Shown here in pieces: positions 8,580 to 18,226 of a stretch of DNA of 64,000 nt. The notes beneath the pieces are model-generated. The model did no database searches, had not been told where the DNA came from, and worked only from the letters and a program-made list of their open reading frames with translations. The DNA lies in the IMG/VR virus record IMGVR_UViG_3300048606_000186, positions 1 to 64,000 of that record; one strand, given 5' to 3'. Every line of letters begins with the position of its first letter. Position 1 is the stretch's first letter. Position numbers and translations under genes: made by a program. The DNA comes from a virus. Taxonomy: Duplodnaviria; Caudoviricetes.

Positions 8580-9270
8580 TCAATCCCCGGTGCCCTGTCG
8601 GTTCGCCGACTAGCAAGGATTTGGCGAGGAACAGGCCCGGTAGGCCTCGCTGTTTCGAAGTGGTGAAGCCAGGTAAATCCAAGGCCGGTTGCAAACGATC
8701 GAGGAAGCCAGCACGGGCCCGCTTACCCCGAGGCCGTAGTTATAAAGAGTATCGGGGATAGAACGATCTGCTGCCGGGTGGCGCTGGCGACTTCGAAGTG
8801 TTTCAGAGGTGAGCTTCGGCACCGGGTAACCGGACGGGCTTACGGGAGATGACGCCGAAAACTCTCCCGGAGTAGTGCGCGCTTATCAAGAGGTGGCCGG
8901 GCGTCTCATAGCGCACATCCCGAGCAAGCGACAGGCGGGTGTCAACCACAGCCGCAAGGTCGAGAGTTGGCCCGCCTGTCGCTTGCATAATCAGTTTTTA
9001 CCCACTCACACACGCATGTGGGTGGCGACAGAGGGCAGTGAACCGGGCGCGGAAGCTGCCCTCGACCAGTACGGGGTTTTGCAGGGTCGCCGGGGACCCG
9101 GTGCCGTACGTCCCGGTAATATTTGAAGTGCTGCTGCGCCTGGGGCCGCGTGATTGGCGGCCACAGCAGGATGGCGCAGGGCATCGGGTGAACTCCACCG
9201 ATAACCCGCCTGGGAGGTTGCTGAAATCCCAGGGCTGTCGCAGTAGAATCAGTTTTTACTTGATTCTCCG
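8580..9270 (+). ncRNA. Putative large structured non-coding RNA (family unknown)
   Basis: ~700 nt without a credible ORF between terL and gpW; more than 10 helices visible by eye, including a perfect 16-bp stem (8924-39/8971-86) and UUCG and GNRA loops; own promoter. Confidence 0.55.
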
Positions 9271-9319
9271 GCTTAAACATGCCACCACCCGCGTTCGGCC
9301 CCGAACGAGCGGATTGAAT

Positions 9320-9529
9320 TTGGCAACCCTTCAGCAGCGATACGATGAGGCGCTCGACGCCCAGCATGCGCTGCTGACCGGCACCGCGGTCGTGGAGTTC
9401 CGCGACCAGAATGGCGAGCTCGTCAAATACAACCAGGCCAGCGCCGGTCGCCTCGGCGCCTATATCCAAGACCTCGCCCGCCAGCTCGGCACGGTTATCC
9501 CGCAGGGGCCGATGAGCGTGTTTCTGTGA
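9320..9529 (+). CDS. Head-to-tail joining protein (gpW-like)
   Basis: 'ALDAQHALLTGTAVVEFRDQNGELVKYNQAS...LGAYIQDL' is a gpW pattern; TTG start after GAGCGGA; overlaps the portal start. Confidence 0.8.
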   Translation: MATLQQRYDEALDAQHALLTGTAVVEFRDQNGELVKYNQASAGRLGAYIQDLARQLGTVIPQGPMSVFL

Positions 9530-11367
9530 GCCTCGCAGTAGCCACCCCCGCCGCCGCGCCGCCGCTCGCGGCCTTCCTCGGATTCGATCCGCGACTCGAA
9601 GCCTCAGCGCAAGCCGCTTCGAGCGTGGCGACCCCCGCCGCGCCGCCGGTCCTCGCGCCGGCGGGGGTCGATCCGGGCGGAAGCGGCGATGGCATCGTCA
9701 AGGTCAGTATCCACCGCCGCACCGGGCAGGGTGGCGAGATGGCGATGGGCGCGTTCGAGGCCGCAGACGTCTACGACAAATCGCTCGCTTTGTGGGGCGC
9801 CCCGGTCATGTCGGCCGACTTGTCGATCATCCCCGACAAGGAGATGATCGACGGCCGCGTCGCCGACCAGATCCGCAACGATGCCTACATCTCCGGCGGC
9901 GCGACGCTCCGCAAGGACAATATCGTCGGCGCGCACTTCATGCCCAACGCGCGACCGGCGACAGGCTACCTGAAGCGCAAGCTCGGAAAGACGTTCGACG
10001 ACGCCTGGGAGCAGGAGTTCCAGGAGGAAGTCGAGGAGCTGTTCGACCTGGTGGCCGAATCGCCCGACAATCTGCTCGATGCGTCCGGCGCCTCGACCCT
10101 GACCGGGCTGGTGCGCCTGGGCGTCGGCGTCGAGATCGCGGCCGGCGAGATGCTCGCCGCCGCCGAGTGGGACCGCGACCGCGCCAGCCGCGGCGAGTTC
10201 GCGACGATGATCCAGATGCTCGATCTGGCGCGCCTCTCGACCGACCCTAAATCGGCGATGGACAAGGCCGTGGTCGCCGGCATCCGTCAGGACCGCAACG
10301 GCCGGCCGCTCGCCTATCAGATTCGCACTCAGCATCCCAACGACATCCGCTGGGATTTCACGATGCCGGAGTGGAAGGAGGTCGAGGCCAGAAAGCCTTG
10401 GGGCCGCCAGCAGATCATCCACATCAAGGAGCAGATGCTGCCTGGCCAGACCAGGGGCATTTCCGAGCTCGCTTCAGCGCTCAAGGTCAGCCGGATCGGC
10501 CACAAGACCCGCGACATCAACCTGCAGCGGCTCGCCGCCCAGGCGCTCTACGCCGCCGCGATCACGTCCGACATGCCGACCGAGCAATTGTTCGCGTCGC
10601 TTGGCGGCGAGACGACCGCCGAGCGGATCACCAACACGGTCACCCAATATGCCGAAGGGTTCCTTGGCTCGGTCGCCAGCTATGCCGGCAGCGCGCGCAA
10701 CCTCCACGTCGACGGCGTCAAGATTCCCCACCTCTTCCCAGGCACCAAGCTCGAATTGATGTCGCCCGGCAAGGACGCGTTCCCGATCGCCGAATGGGAG
10801 CAGTCGTTGCTCCGCTACATCGCCGCGGCGATGGGCGTCTCCTACGAGCAGTTGAGCCGCGACTATACCAACACCAACTACAGCTCGGCGCGCGCGGCGA
10901 TAACCGAGACCTGGAAATATATGCAGGCGAAGAAGAAGGTCGTCGCCGATCGCTTCGCTTCGATCATCTGGCGCCTGTTCCTCGAGGAGGCGATCAACCA
11001 GAATCATCTCTCGACGCTGCCGAAGTCGAAGGCCGGGCTGTTCTATAGCGGCAACCGGCTCAATCTGGCGTTCGAGGCGGTGAGCAAGGTCGACTGGATC
11101 GGCGCCTCGCGCGGCCAGATCGACGAGCTCAAGGAAACCCAGGCGGCGATCGCGCGGATCGATGCCGGCATCTCGACCCGCGAAGACGAGCTTGCCCGGC
11201 TCGGGAAGGACTGGCGCAAGGTGTTCCGCCAGCTGGAGCGCGAGGCGATCCTCGCCAAGAGCTGCAAGCTGATCTTCATCACCGGCAAGGCCAGCGCCGT
11301 GGCCGGCGCCAATTCGAATGACGACGACGCCAACGACGAATCCGAAAACAGGAAGAAAGCGGCATGA
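9526..11367 (+). CDS. Portal protein (lambda gpB family)
   Basis: 'LSRDYTNTNYSSARA', 'IDELKETQA'; position after gpW; true start may be downstream (MAMG). Confidence 0.95.
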   Translation: MSLAVATPAAAPPLAAFLGFDPRLEASAQAASSVATPAAPPVLAPAGVDPGGSGDGIVKVSIHRRTGQGGEMAMGAFEAADVYDKSLALWGAPVMSADLSIIPDKEMIDGRVADQIRNDAYISGGATLRKDNIVGAHFMPNARPATGYLKRKLGKTFDDAWEQEFQEEVEELFDLVAESPDNLLDASGASTLTGLVRLGVGVEIAAGEMLAAAEWDRDRASRGEFATMIQMLDLARLSTDPKSAMDKAVVAGIRQDRNGRPLAYQIRTQHPNDIRWDFTMPEWKEVEARKPWGRQQIIHIKEQMLPGQTRGISELASALKVSRIGHKTRDINLQRLAAQALYAAAITSDMPTEQLFASLGGETTAERITNTVTQYAEGFLGSVASYAGSARNLHVDGVKIPHLFPGTKLELMSPGKDAFPIAEWEQSLLRYIAAAMGVSYEQLSRDYTNTNYSSARAAITETWKYMQAKKKVVADRFASIIWRLFLEEAINQNHLSTLPKSKAGLFYSGNRLNLAFEAVSKVDWIGASRGQIDELKETQAAIARIDAGISTREDELARLGKDWRKVFRQLEREAILAKSCKLIFITGKASAVAGANSNDDDANDESENRKKAA

Positions 11368-12734
11368 CCAGGCCCAACGTCAATCCGCTCGTCGCTCGCT
11401 TCTCCGGCGAACTCGCGCTGATCGAGGAATCGATGGCACCGCGCATCGATGCGGCGATGGAAGTGCTGTCGAGCCACGAGCACGGCGCCGAATTGCTCGC
11501 CGAGACCGCTGGCGCGAGCGACACCTTCTGGCCGGCCGCCGACGATTGGCGCGCCGCCTACCGCCCCTATGTGATCGACAAGGGCGTGCTCCAGATTCCG
11601 GTCAAGGGCGTGCTGCTGCACAATTTCCCCTGGGCGCTCGGCGGATGGGCGACCGGCTATGTCTACATACAGCGCGCGATCGAGCGAGGCTGCGAGGATT
11701 TCGCGGCCGGCAATATCAAGGGCATCGCCTTCGTGGTCGACAGCGGCGGCGGCTTCGTCGCCGGTCTCTACGATCTGCTCGACGCCGCCGCTCCGCTCAT
11801 TCGCGCATGCGGCGTCCCGGTTCGTGCTTTCGTCCAGAACAGCGCCTATTCCGCCGCCTACGCGGTGATCACGCTCGCCGCGGCCTCACCCGACGGCAAG
11901 ATCGTCGTCAACAAGGTCGGCGGCACCGGATCGATCGGCACGCTCGCCACGCACATCGATTGGTCGGGCTGGAACGAGAAGATGGGGTTGAAATATACCT
12001 TCCTCCACGCCGGCGAATGCAAGGTCGACGGCAGCCCCGAGATGGCGCTGTCTGACCGCGCGCGCAAGCGCATCCAGTCGCGCGTCAACGAGCTCAACGA
12101 ATTGTTCATCGCGGTCGTCGCGGAGGCGCGTCAGATCGCGCCCGCGATTGTCCGCGGCTTCGAGGCGGCCACCTTCACGCCGTCCGAATCCATGTCCAAC
12201 GGGCTGGCCGACGAAATCGGCTCGCTCGACGACGCCCTGGCCGCTTTTGCGGCCGACCTGTCCGAATCAACCGGAGACGAAACCATGACTACCGCAACAA
12301 AGGACACGTCGGCGACCGTCACGCGCGCCGATCATGACACCGCCATCGCCGCCGCGCGCGCCGAGGGCGTGACCGAAGGCACCGCGGCCGGCCGCACCGC
12401 GGGCCTGGCGGAAGGCACCACGGCCGAGCGCACCCGCATCGCCGCGATCCTCGGCTGCGACGAGGCCAAGACGCGCCCCGCCGCCGCGATGGCGGTCGCG
12501 ATGCAGCGCTCCGACTCGCTCGAGGACGCCCAGGGGTTCCTCGCCAGCATGCCCGTCGAAGCCAAAGCCTCCAACAATGGTCCCGGCTTCAAGGAGGCGA
12601 TGGACCAGCAGAATCCCGATCTCGGCGGCGGTGGCGGCAACGAGGGCGAGGAAGGCACTGACGACGGCAGCGCTACAATCTCGCTCGCCCGTTCCGTCGG
12701 CCTCTCGGGCGTCCGCCCGGCGCCCAAGGTCTGA
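11364..12734 (+). CDS. S49 prohead protease with C-terminal scaffold
   Basis: VDSGGG, AYSAAYA (catalytic Ser), GSIG, AGECKVDG; Ala-rich scaffold tail. Confidence 0.93.
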   Translation: MTRPNVNPLVARFSGELALIEESMAPRIDAAMEVLSSHEHGAELLAETAGASDTFWPAADDWRAAYRPYVIDKGVLQIPVKGVLLHNFPWALGGWATGYVYIQRAIERGCEDFAAGNIKGIAFVVDSGGGFVAGLYDLLDAAAPLIRACGVPVRAFVQNSAYSAAYAVITLAAASPDGKIVVNKVGGTGSIGTLATHIDWSGWNEKMGLKYTFLHAGECKVDGSPEMALSDRARKRIQSRVNELNELFIAVVAEARQIAPAIVRGFEAATFTPSESMSNGLADEIGSLDDALAAFAADLSESTGDETMTTATKDTSATVTRADHDTAIAAARAEGVTEGTAAGRTAGLAEGTTAERTRIAAILGCDEAKTRPAAAMAVAMQRSDSLEDAQGFLASMPVEAKASNNGPGFKEAMDQQNPDLGGGGGNEGEEGTDDGSATISLARSVGLSGVRPAPKV

Positions 12735-12764
12735 TCCGAACGAAATCCTTAAGGAGTCCCCGAA

Positions 12765-13508
12765 ATGACCGACGTCCCCATCTCTTATCGCAACGCTGAC
12801 GTGCGCGGCACGCCCAGCTTCGAGGCGCTCGACCAGCATACCGACCAGGCGCTTCTGGCCGGCAGCGAGCCCGGATTGTCCGCGACCGTGCGGATCCTGC
12901 TCGCCGACAGCCTCACCCTGGCGGCTCTGACCGTCGTCGGACTCAACGCGGCCGGCAAGCTCGACAAGGCCACTTATGCCGCGGCCGCCGCTTCCCTGGC
13001 GATCGGCACCGGCAACGCCGCGCTGACCTTCACCGCGGTCGAGCCCGGCGCCGACGGCAACGACATTTCGATCATTCTCGCTGCCTCCGACACGACCGCC
13101 TCGGTCAGCGTCGACGGCAACGAAATCACGATCGTTCCGCTGACCGGTGCCAAGAGCGCTACCGCCGTGGCGGCATTGGTAAACGCCGACGAAGCGGCCC
13201 GTCTGCTCGTTTCGACTGCAGCGGGCGGCACTGGCGCTTCGGATGTCGGAACCGCCGCCGAAACGCAGCTCGCAGGCGGCGTCGACATCGTCGAGGTCTG
13301 CGGTGTGCTTGTCCACGCGGCGACGAGTGGCGCTTCGAATACGACGATCCACGGCGAGGTCTTCCCGACCGGGAACTTCAACGTGGGCGATGACAGCCCC
13401 CTCGTCTTCCATGCGTCGTTCAACACGCTCGCGAAGAAGCAGAGCCTGACCCGGCTGCCTCACCTCGTTTTCCGCAGCCGCCGGGCGACCGGCTCCCCGG
13501 GCATCTGA
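12765..13508 (+). CDS. Head decoration protein with inserted beta-rich domain
   Basis: Lies between protease and capsid; decoration-like halves split by an ~100-aa insert. Confidence 0.7.
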   Translation: MTDVPISYRNADVRGTPSFEALDQHTDQALLAGSEPGLSATVRILLADSLTLAALTVVGLNAAGKLDKATYAAAAASLAIGTGNAALTFTAVEPGADGNDISIILAASDTTASVSVDGNEITIVPLTGAKSATAVAALVNADEAARLLVSTAAGGTGASDVGTAAETQLAGGVDIVEVCGVLVHAATSGASNTTIHGEVFPTGNFNVGDDSPLVFHASFNTLAKKQSLTRLPHLVFRSRRATGSPGI

Positions 13509-13539
13509 TCCCAGCGCACTTCATCAAGGAATCCATCCA

Positions 13540-14628
13540 ATGACCACCCCCGCCTACAATATCTGGGACCAGCGCAAGTCGCTCGGCGTCATGCGCGACA
13601 CCCGTCCGGAGCCGCGCCCGTTCAGCCGCTTCTTCACCAATACGTTCCTTGCCACCGAGGAATGGATCGACTTCGAGAAGCTGCCGATCCGCTCGCGCCG
13701 GCTCGCGCCGTTCGTCAAGCCGCTCGGCCAGGGCCGCGGCGTCTTCAGCGACAAGGCGCGCGGCTACCGGTTCAAGCCGGCCAACGTCGTGGTCGACGAG
13801 GCGATCGACCCGCTGCGTCCGCTGACCTTCCAGCCGGGCATCGATTACTCGATGTATGACGTCAACAAGCTGTCGCCGATGCAGCGGATCGAACTGCTCA
13901 AGGTGGCCATGGCCGCCGAGGCGCAGGAAGCGATCGAGCGCCGGTGGGAGTGGATGCGTGCCCGCGCCCTGATCGATGGTTCCGTCGTCTGCACCTATGA
14001 GGATGGCGACGTCGTCACGGTCAATTTCCAGCGCGCCGCCGGCCATACCGAGGTACTGACCGCCGGCAACCGGTTCGGCCAGTCGGGCGTGTCGATCATG
14101 GACAAGTTCCAGGAAATCTTCGACACGATGAACGATGCCGAGTTCGGTGGTCTGCCGGTGCAGGCCGAAATGGGCGGCGGTGTCTGGGCCGTGATGCGCA
14201 AGAATGTCGAAATCATGGCCAACCTGGACAAGTTCCGGCCGGTCGGTGGCTTCACCATGGAGCGCGGCGTTGCCGTTTCGGGCGATCGCTCGAAGCGCTT
14301 CAAGGTCGGCGAAGTCACGATCGGCGGCGGTAGCGGTCAGACCGTCGAGCTGTTCGTCAACAACGAGACCTTCGAGGCCGACGATGGCACCCAGACCCGC
14401 TATCTCGCCACCACCGACATGTCGTTCCTCGCGACCCCCGAGACGATCAAGGGCTACGACTGCTTCGGCATGATCGTGGACCGCGACGCCAAGTACCAGG
14501 CGCTGCCGATCTTCCCCAAGAACTATGTGATGGGGAATCGCGTCAAGGTCGAACATCTCTCGTTCGAATCGGCACCGCTTCCGGTGCCGATCAATCCGAA
14601 CGGAACCTACAAGCTGACGGCTGTCTAA
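13540..14628 (+). CDS. Major capsid protein (lambda gpE family)
   Basis: 'LAPFVKP', 'RRWEWMRARALIDG', 'ESAPLPVP'; 362 aa; gene order. Confidence 0.93.
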   Translation: MTTPAYNIWDQRKSLGVMRDTRPEPRPFSRFFTNTFLATEEWIDFEKLPIRSRRLAPFVKPLGQGRGVFSDKARGYRFKPANVVVDEAIDPLRPLTFQPGIDYSMYDVNKLSPMQRIELLKVAMAAEAQEAIERRWEWMRARALIDGSVVCTYEDGDVVTVNFQRAAGHTEVLTAGNRFGQSGVSIMDKFQEIFDTMNDAEFGGLPVQAEMGGGVWAVMRKNVEIMANLDKFRPVGGFTMERGVAVSGDRSKRFKVGEVTIGGGSGQTVELFVNNETFEADDGTQTRYLATTDMSFLATPETIKGYDCFGMIVDRDAKYQALPIFPKNYVMGNRVKVEHLSFESAPLPVPINPNGTYKLTAV

Positions 14629-14651
14629 GGGCGCCGGTAGGACCATCAAGG

Positions 14652-14676
14652 CCCGGCGGTATTCAGCGCCGCCGGG
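14652..14676 (+). terminator. GC hairpin after the capsid gene
   Basis: CCCGGCGG / CCGCCGGG 8-bp stem; no U-tract, so it may stabilise mRNA rather than terminate. Confidence 0.4.
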
Positions 14677-14695
14677 TCAAATGAAAGGTGATTTC

Positions 14696-15100
14696 ATGTC
14701 GAAATCGAATTCCCTGAACCCCGTCTATGCGATCAACCGCATCAACGGGGTCATCTCCCCGGGCACGATCTTTATTCCCGCCGACGAGCAGGATGACGCG
14801 GATCTGCGCCGGCTCGAGGCCGTGCGCGATCTTTCCGAGGCCGAGCTTGCCCTGTTTGATCGCCAGCAGGCGGCAGGCGGTGGTCAGGTTGCGGCAAAGA
14901 ATGCCAAGCCCGTCGGCGACTCCGACGACGGTCTGGTGCTGAAGCATCTCGGCTTCGGCAAATATCAGATCAACGATGCCGAGGGCAATCGCGCCGCGCC
15001 CGCCGAGGGCGAAGATCCCTACGCCGACAAGGCCGCAGCCCAAGCGGCCCTCGACGCTCTGCGCGCCAAGCAGTCCGCCGACGCGCTCGGCCTCGGCTGA
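14696..15100 (+). CDS. Virion/packaging-associated hypothetical protein
   Basis: RBS AAAGGTG before ATG 14696; position after the capsid gene. Confidence 0.6.
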   Translation: MSKSNSLNPVYAINRINGVISPGTIFIPADEQDDADLRRLEAVRDLSEAELALFDRQQAAGGGQVAAKNAKPVGDSDDGLVLKHLGFGKYQINDAEGNRAAPAEGEDPYADKAAAQAALDALRAKQSADALGLG

Positions 15101-15109
15101 CGCAACACG

Positions 15110-15508
15110 ATGGCGGTTCGCCCCATCGACCGGCAGAAGATGCGCCGGGACCTGCACGCGAAAGCGGCGGTCCCGGCGCTCTACTTCGCCGCGTCCGAGG
15201 CCGAGCCGCTGCCGGTCATGGTCCGGGGGCCGCACGATCGCGCGCTGACTCTGGGCGATGAAGTGGGCGACGGCGGCGCCGCGATGCGCGAAGTCTCGAC
15301 CAGGATCATTTTCCTGGTCGATGAGGTGCCGCTGCCGACGCGCGGGGGCTTCGCGACCCTGGCCGCAGGCGAGGCCTACGTATTGGGCGAGGCGCTGCCG
15401 GTCGATGGAATCACGATCACCGTCGCCGCCGCCCGGTTGAGCGCGACCCAACTGGCGCCGCTCGACCTCGCCGTTCCCGATATCACCACGCACCCGGACT
15501 GTTTCTGA
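15110..15508 (+). CDS. Head-tail joining protein (gpFII-like)
   Basis: 'RRDLHAKAAVPALY' start typical of chi-like head closure proteins; synteny. Confidence 0.6.
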   Translation: MAVRPIDRQKMRRDLHAKAAVPALYFAASEAEPLPVMVRGPHDRALTLGDEVGDGGAAMREVSTRIIFLVDEVPLPTRGGFATLAAGEAYVLGEALPVDGITITVAAARLSATQLAPLDLAVPDITTHPDCF

Positions 15509-15510
15509 AT

Positions 15511-16116
15511 GTGGCCGGCTATGCGATCCTCGTCCGCTCCGACATCGTCGACAAGGCGACCGGACCCTTGCTGCCCGACAGCCGCCGCGCTGTCCGGATC
15601 GCGATCAACGAGACGATCGATTGGGCCCGCGCCCGCGCCGCGCGCGACATGCGAGGCCAGGTCGCTTTCCCAGCCTCCTATCTCGGGCCCGCTGGCGGCC
15701 GTCTCACCATCACCAAGAAGGCCAGCGACGACGATTTGGCGGCGATCGTCACGGGACGCCATCGCGCGACCAGCCTCGCCCGTTTCGCGACCAACGCCCG
15801 CGTCGGCGTCCGCGGCGGCGCCCGGGTCCAGGTCGAGCCTGGTCTCGCCCGCTTCCTGCCCAAGGCCTTCTTCATTCCACTTCGCTCGGGCAATACCGAC
15901 ACCAAGAACAACGTCGGCCTCGCGATACGTTTGCCGGACGGCAAGGTGCCGTCGCGCGCCTACAAGCCGCAGCGGCTCGGGCGCGGCCTCTGGCTGCTCT
16001 ATGGGCCGAGCGTTGATCAGGTGTTCGACGACGTCGCCGAGGACATTTCCCCAGAGGCGGCCGAGCGGCTCGGTGATGAATATCTGCGCCAGCTCGATCT
16101 CGTCGCGCGGCGCTGA
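15511..16116 (+). CDS. Neck/tail completion protein (gpZ-like)
   Basis: Basic protein, 'AINETIDWAR', 'LYGPSVDQVF'; synteny. Confidence 0.7.
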   Translation: MAGYAILVRSDIVDKATGPLLPDSRRAVRIAINETIDWARARAARDMRGQVAFPASYLGPAGGRLTITKKASDDDLAAIVTGRHRATSLARFATNARVGVRGGARVQVEPGLARFLPKAFFIPLRSGNTDTKNNVGLAIRLPDGKVPSRAYKPQRLGRGLWLLYGPSVDQVFDDVAEDISPEAAERLGDEYLRQLDLVARR

Positions 16117-16124
16117 GACGGCCT

Positions 16125-16619
16125 GTGGCTGATCCAGTCCGACCGTTCCGTCTGCTGGCGCTCGATGCGCTAAGCGCGGCCCTCGAGGAGATCGAGGCCG
16201 GCGAGACCTACGTCAACTCGCTCGCCGGCAAGGTCTTCCGCGGCCGCGCACATTTCGGAACCAACGATCCGGTTCCTATGGTGTCGATCCTCGAGGATCC
16301 GCGCCTGACCGAACTGGTCGATGGGCCGGACGGTGCGGCGGTTCGCGCCGGCGAATGGCATTTGATCCTGCAGGGCTTCGTCGAAGACGACAACGTCCAC
16401 CCGACCGATCCCGCACACGTCCTCCTGGCCGATGTCGTCGCCCGACTGAATCTGCTGATCGCCTCGGGCGGCGGTTCGACGCGCAACCTGCTCGGCCTGG
16501 GCGAGAAGAAGCCGTGCGTGACCGGGATGCGGCTCGGCGGCAGCTGCGTGCGGCCGCCCGACGAGATTTCCGCCAAAGCCTATTTCGTCCTCTCGCTGAA
16601 GCTGACCCTGGTCGAATGA
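16125..16619 (+). CDS. Tail terminator protein
   Basis: 'VFRGRAHFG..DPVPMVSILE', 'HPTDPAHVLLADV'; precedes the tail tube gene. Confidence 0.65.
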   Translation: MADPVRPFRLLALDALSAALEEIEAGETYVNSLAGKVFRGRAHFGTNDPVPMVSILEDPRLTELVDGPDGAAVRAGEWHLILQGFVEDDNVHPTDPAHVLLADVVARLNLLIASGGGSTRNLLGLGEKKPCVTGMRLGGSCVRPPDEISAKAYFVLSLKLTLVE

Positions 16620-16621
16620 AT

Positions 16622-16654
16622 TTGCATTTCCCCTAGAATCATGTTTTACTGGAA
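16622..16654 (+). promoter_or_regulatory. Promoter/operator upstream of the major tail gene
   Basis: TTGCAT, 17 nt, TTTACT; operator ATCATGT-TTT-ACTGGAA (16638-54). Confidence 0.55.
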
Positions 16655-16675
16655 ACTCAACCTGGAGCACCCGAA

Positions 16676-17458
16676 ATGGCCCTGACCTATACCGAGACCA
16701 AGAATTACACCATCGCCCGCGGCGACCTGTTCTTCGCCGAGCGGAGTGCTGCGGGCGTCCTCAGTGGCGAGCGCGCGATCGGCAACACGCCGTCGATCGG
16801 CCTCACCATCTCCAGCGAATACGCCAAGCATTATGATAGCTCGCGCGGCGTCCGCACCCAGGATCGCGCGGTCCCGGTCCAGGTCGATCGGATGGGCAAA
16901 TTCACCACCGACGACGTCAATGCGCGCAATCTCGCTTTGCTTCTGCTCGGTAGCGCGGAGGCGGTGACGATCACCTCGGCGGCCGCCCAGACCGAGACGT
17001 TCGTCGATGTGCAGCAGGGGCTGCGCTACCAGGTCGGGATCAGCACCGCGCATCCGGCCGGCCTCGAGGCGCTCAGCGCCGTTGTCGTGAAAGTCGGCGC
17101 GACGGCCAAGACGCTCAATACCGACTATACGCTCGACGGCCTCGGCGGCGTGACCGTTGTCGTGGGCGGCGGCATTGCCGCGCTCGCCGACATGATCGTC
17201 GAATATGACCGTCCTGCCTCGACCCAGGACCGGACCGTTTCCGGATCAACGCCCGCCAAGGGCGCGTTGCGCGTGATCGAGCACAACCCCGAGGGCGACG
17301 ACAAGACCTGGTATTTCCCGGACGTGACGCTGACCCCGGACGGCGACTTCACGATCAAGGGCGAGAACGATTGGCAGAGCATGCCGTTCTCGCTGTCGAT
17401 TAACGAGCCTGCCGTCGGCGAAGCGATTCTCGTCAACGGCCGCGCGTTCACGGCCTAG
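16676..17458 (+). CDS. Major tail tube protein
   Basis: 'YTIARGDLFF', 'IGNTPSIGL', 'TPDGDFTIKGENDWQSMPF'; chi-like. Confidence 0.85.
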   Translation: MALTYTETKNYTIARGDLFFAERSAAGVLSGERAIGNTPSIGLTISSEYAKHYDSSRGVRTQDRAVPVQVDRMGKFTTDDVNARNLALLLLGSAEAVTITSAAAQTETFVDVQQGLRYQVGISTAHPAGLEALSAVVVKVGATAKTLNTDYTLDGLGGVTVVVGGGIAALADMIVEYDRPASTQDRTVSGSTPAKGALRVIEHNPEGDDKTWYFPDVTLTPDGDFTIKGENDWQSMPFSLSINEPAVGEAILVNGRAFTA

Positions 17459-17461
17459 GCG

Positions 17462-17962
17462 ATGGCGAGGACCAACCAGGGCGGCTTGCACGGTGGGTTG
17501 ATCGCCCGGCGTCGAGTCACCGTCGACGAGAAGCGGGAAGACGCCTGGTTCGAAGTCGGCGGCCTCAACGCCGAGGCGATCTTCGCGCTGTTCCAGCGCC
17601 GCCGCGCCGAATTGTCGGGACTGTTCGACCGCCTGGTCGTTCAGGGCGACGGCGCGGCGGCGCTGAATCTGGCCCAGTTCCGATCGATCGCCAACACCCT
17701 GCTCGAGCAATCGCCGGCGATTGCTGGCGAGATCATCGCCGCGGGCAGCGGCAAGGCCGATGCGGAGACGATCGCGATCGCCAGGGCGCTGCCGGTTGGC
17801 GCGCAACTGGCCGCCCTGGAGGCGATCGCCGAGCTGACCTTCACCTCGGACATGCCGCCAAAAAAAGTCCTGGAGATCGTCGCACGGGCGATGGGAAGGA
17901 TCGCGATCGGAATCACCGACGCGGCTCGACCGATGGCGGAAGCGAAAATCCCGCCAGCCTGA
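17462..17962 (+). CDS. Tail assembly chaperone (gpG-like)
   Basis: Between tail tube and tape measure; contains slippery CCA AAA AAA G. Confidence 0.75.
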   Translation: MARTNQGGLHGGLIARRRVTVDEKREDAWFEVGGLNAEAIFALFQRRRAELSGLFDRLVVQGDGAAALNLAQFRSIANTLLEQSPAIAGEIIAAGSGKADAETIAIARALPVGAQLAALEAIAELTFTSDMPPKKVLEIVARAMGRIAIGITDAARPMAEAKIPPA

Positions 17963-18225
17963 CGCACTGGATTTGGGATATCCGCCGGCAGGTCAGCCTC
18001 CTGCTGGATCACGGGCATCCCGGCGCCGGTCTCTACACTCCCGGAAGGCTGTTCGACGAAGGCGAGTTGATCGCGGATCGCGACAAATTGCGAATGGCGA
18101 ACGAGGCGCTCCTGATCAACGCGGGCGTCGCGGCTCTCTTCTCGGACGAAGCGGGAAAGCACTTCCAGAACCTGCTGAGCAAATACGGCATCGGCGACGA
18201 CAGCGGCGGAGCAAGACGAAAGTAG
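17462..18225 (+). CDS. Tail assembly chaperone, -1 frameshift product (gpGT-like)
   Basis: A7G at 17860-67; the -1 frame is open to TAG 18223-25 and encodes 'WIWDIRRQVSLLLDHGHPGA...'. Confidence 0.7.
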
Positions 18226-18226
18226 A

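Noticed and set aside
8580-9270. tmRNA, RNase P RNA, group I/II intron or hammerhead
   Set aside because: I could not find their hallmark sequences, and the block does not interrupt a gene; a covariance-model search is still needed
8939-9319. N-terminal extension of gpW given by the ORF track
   Set aside because: It runs through the hairpin-rich region; the gpW-like sequence and an RBS begin at TTG 9320
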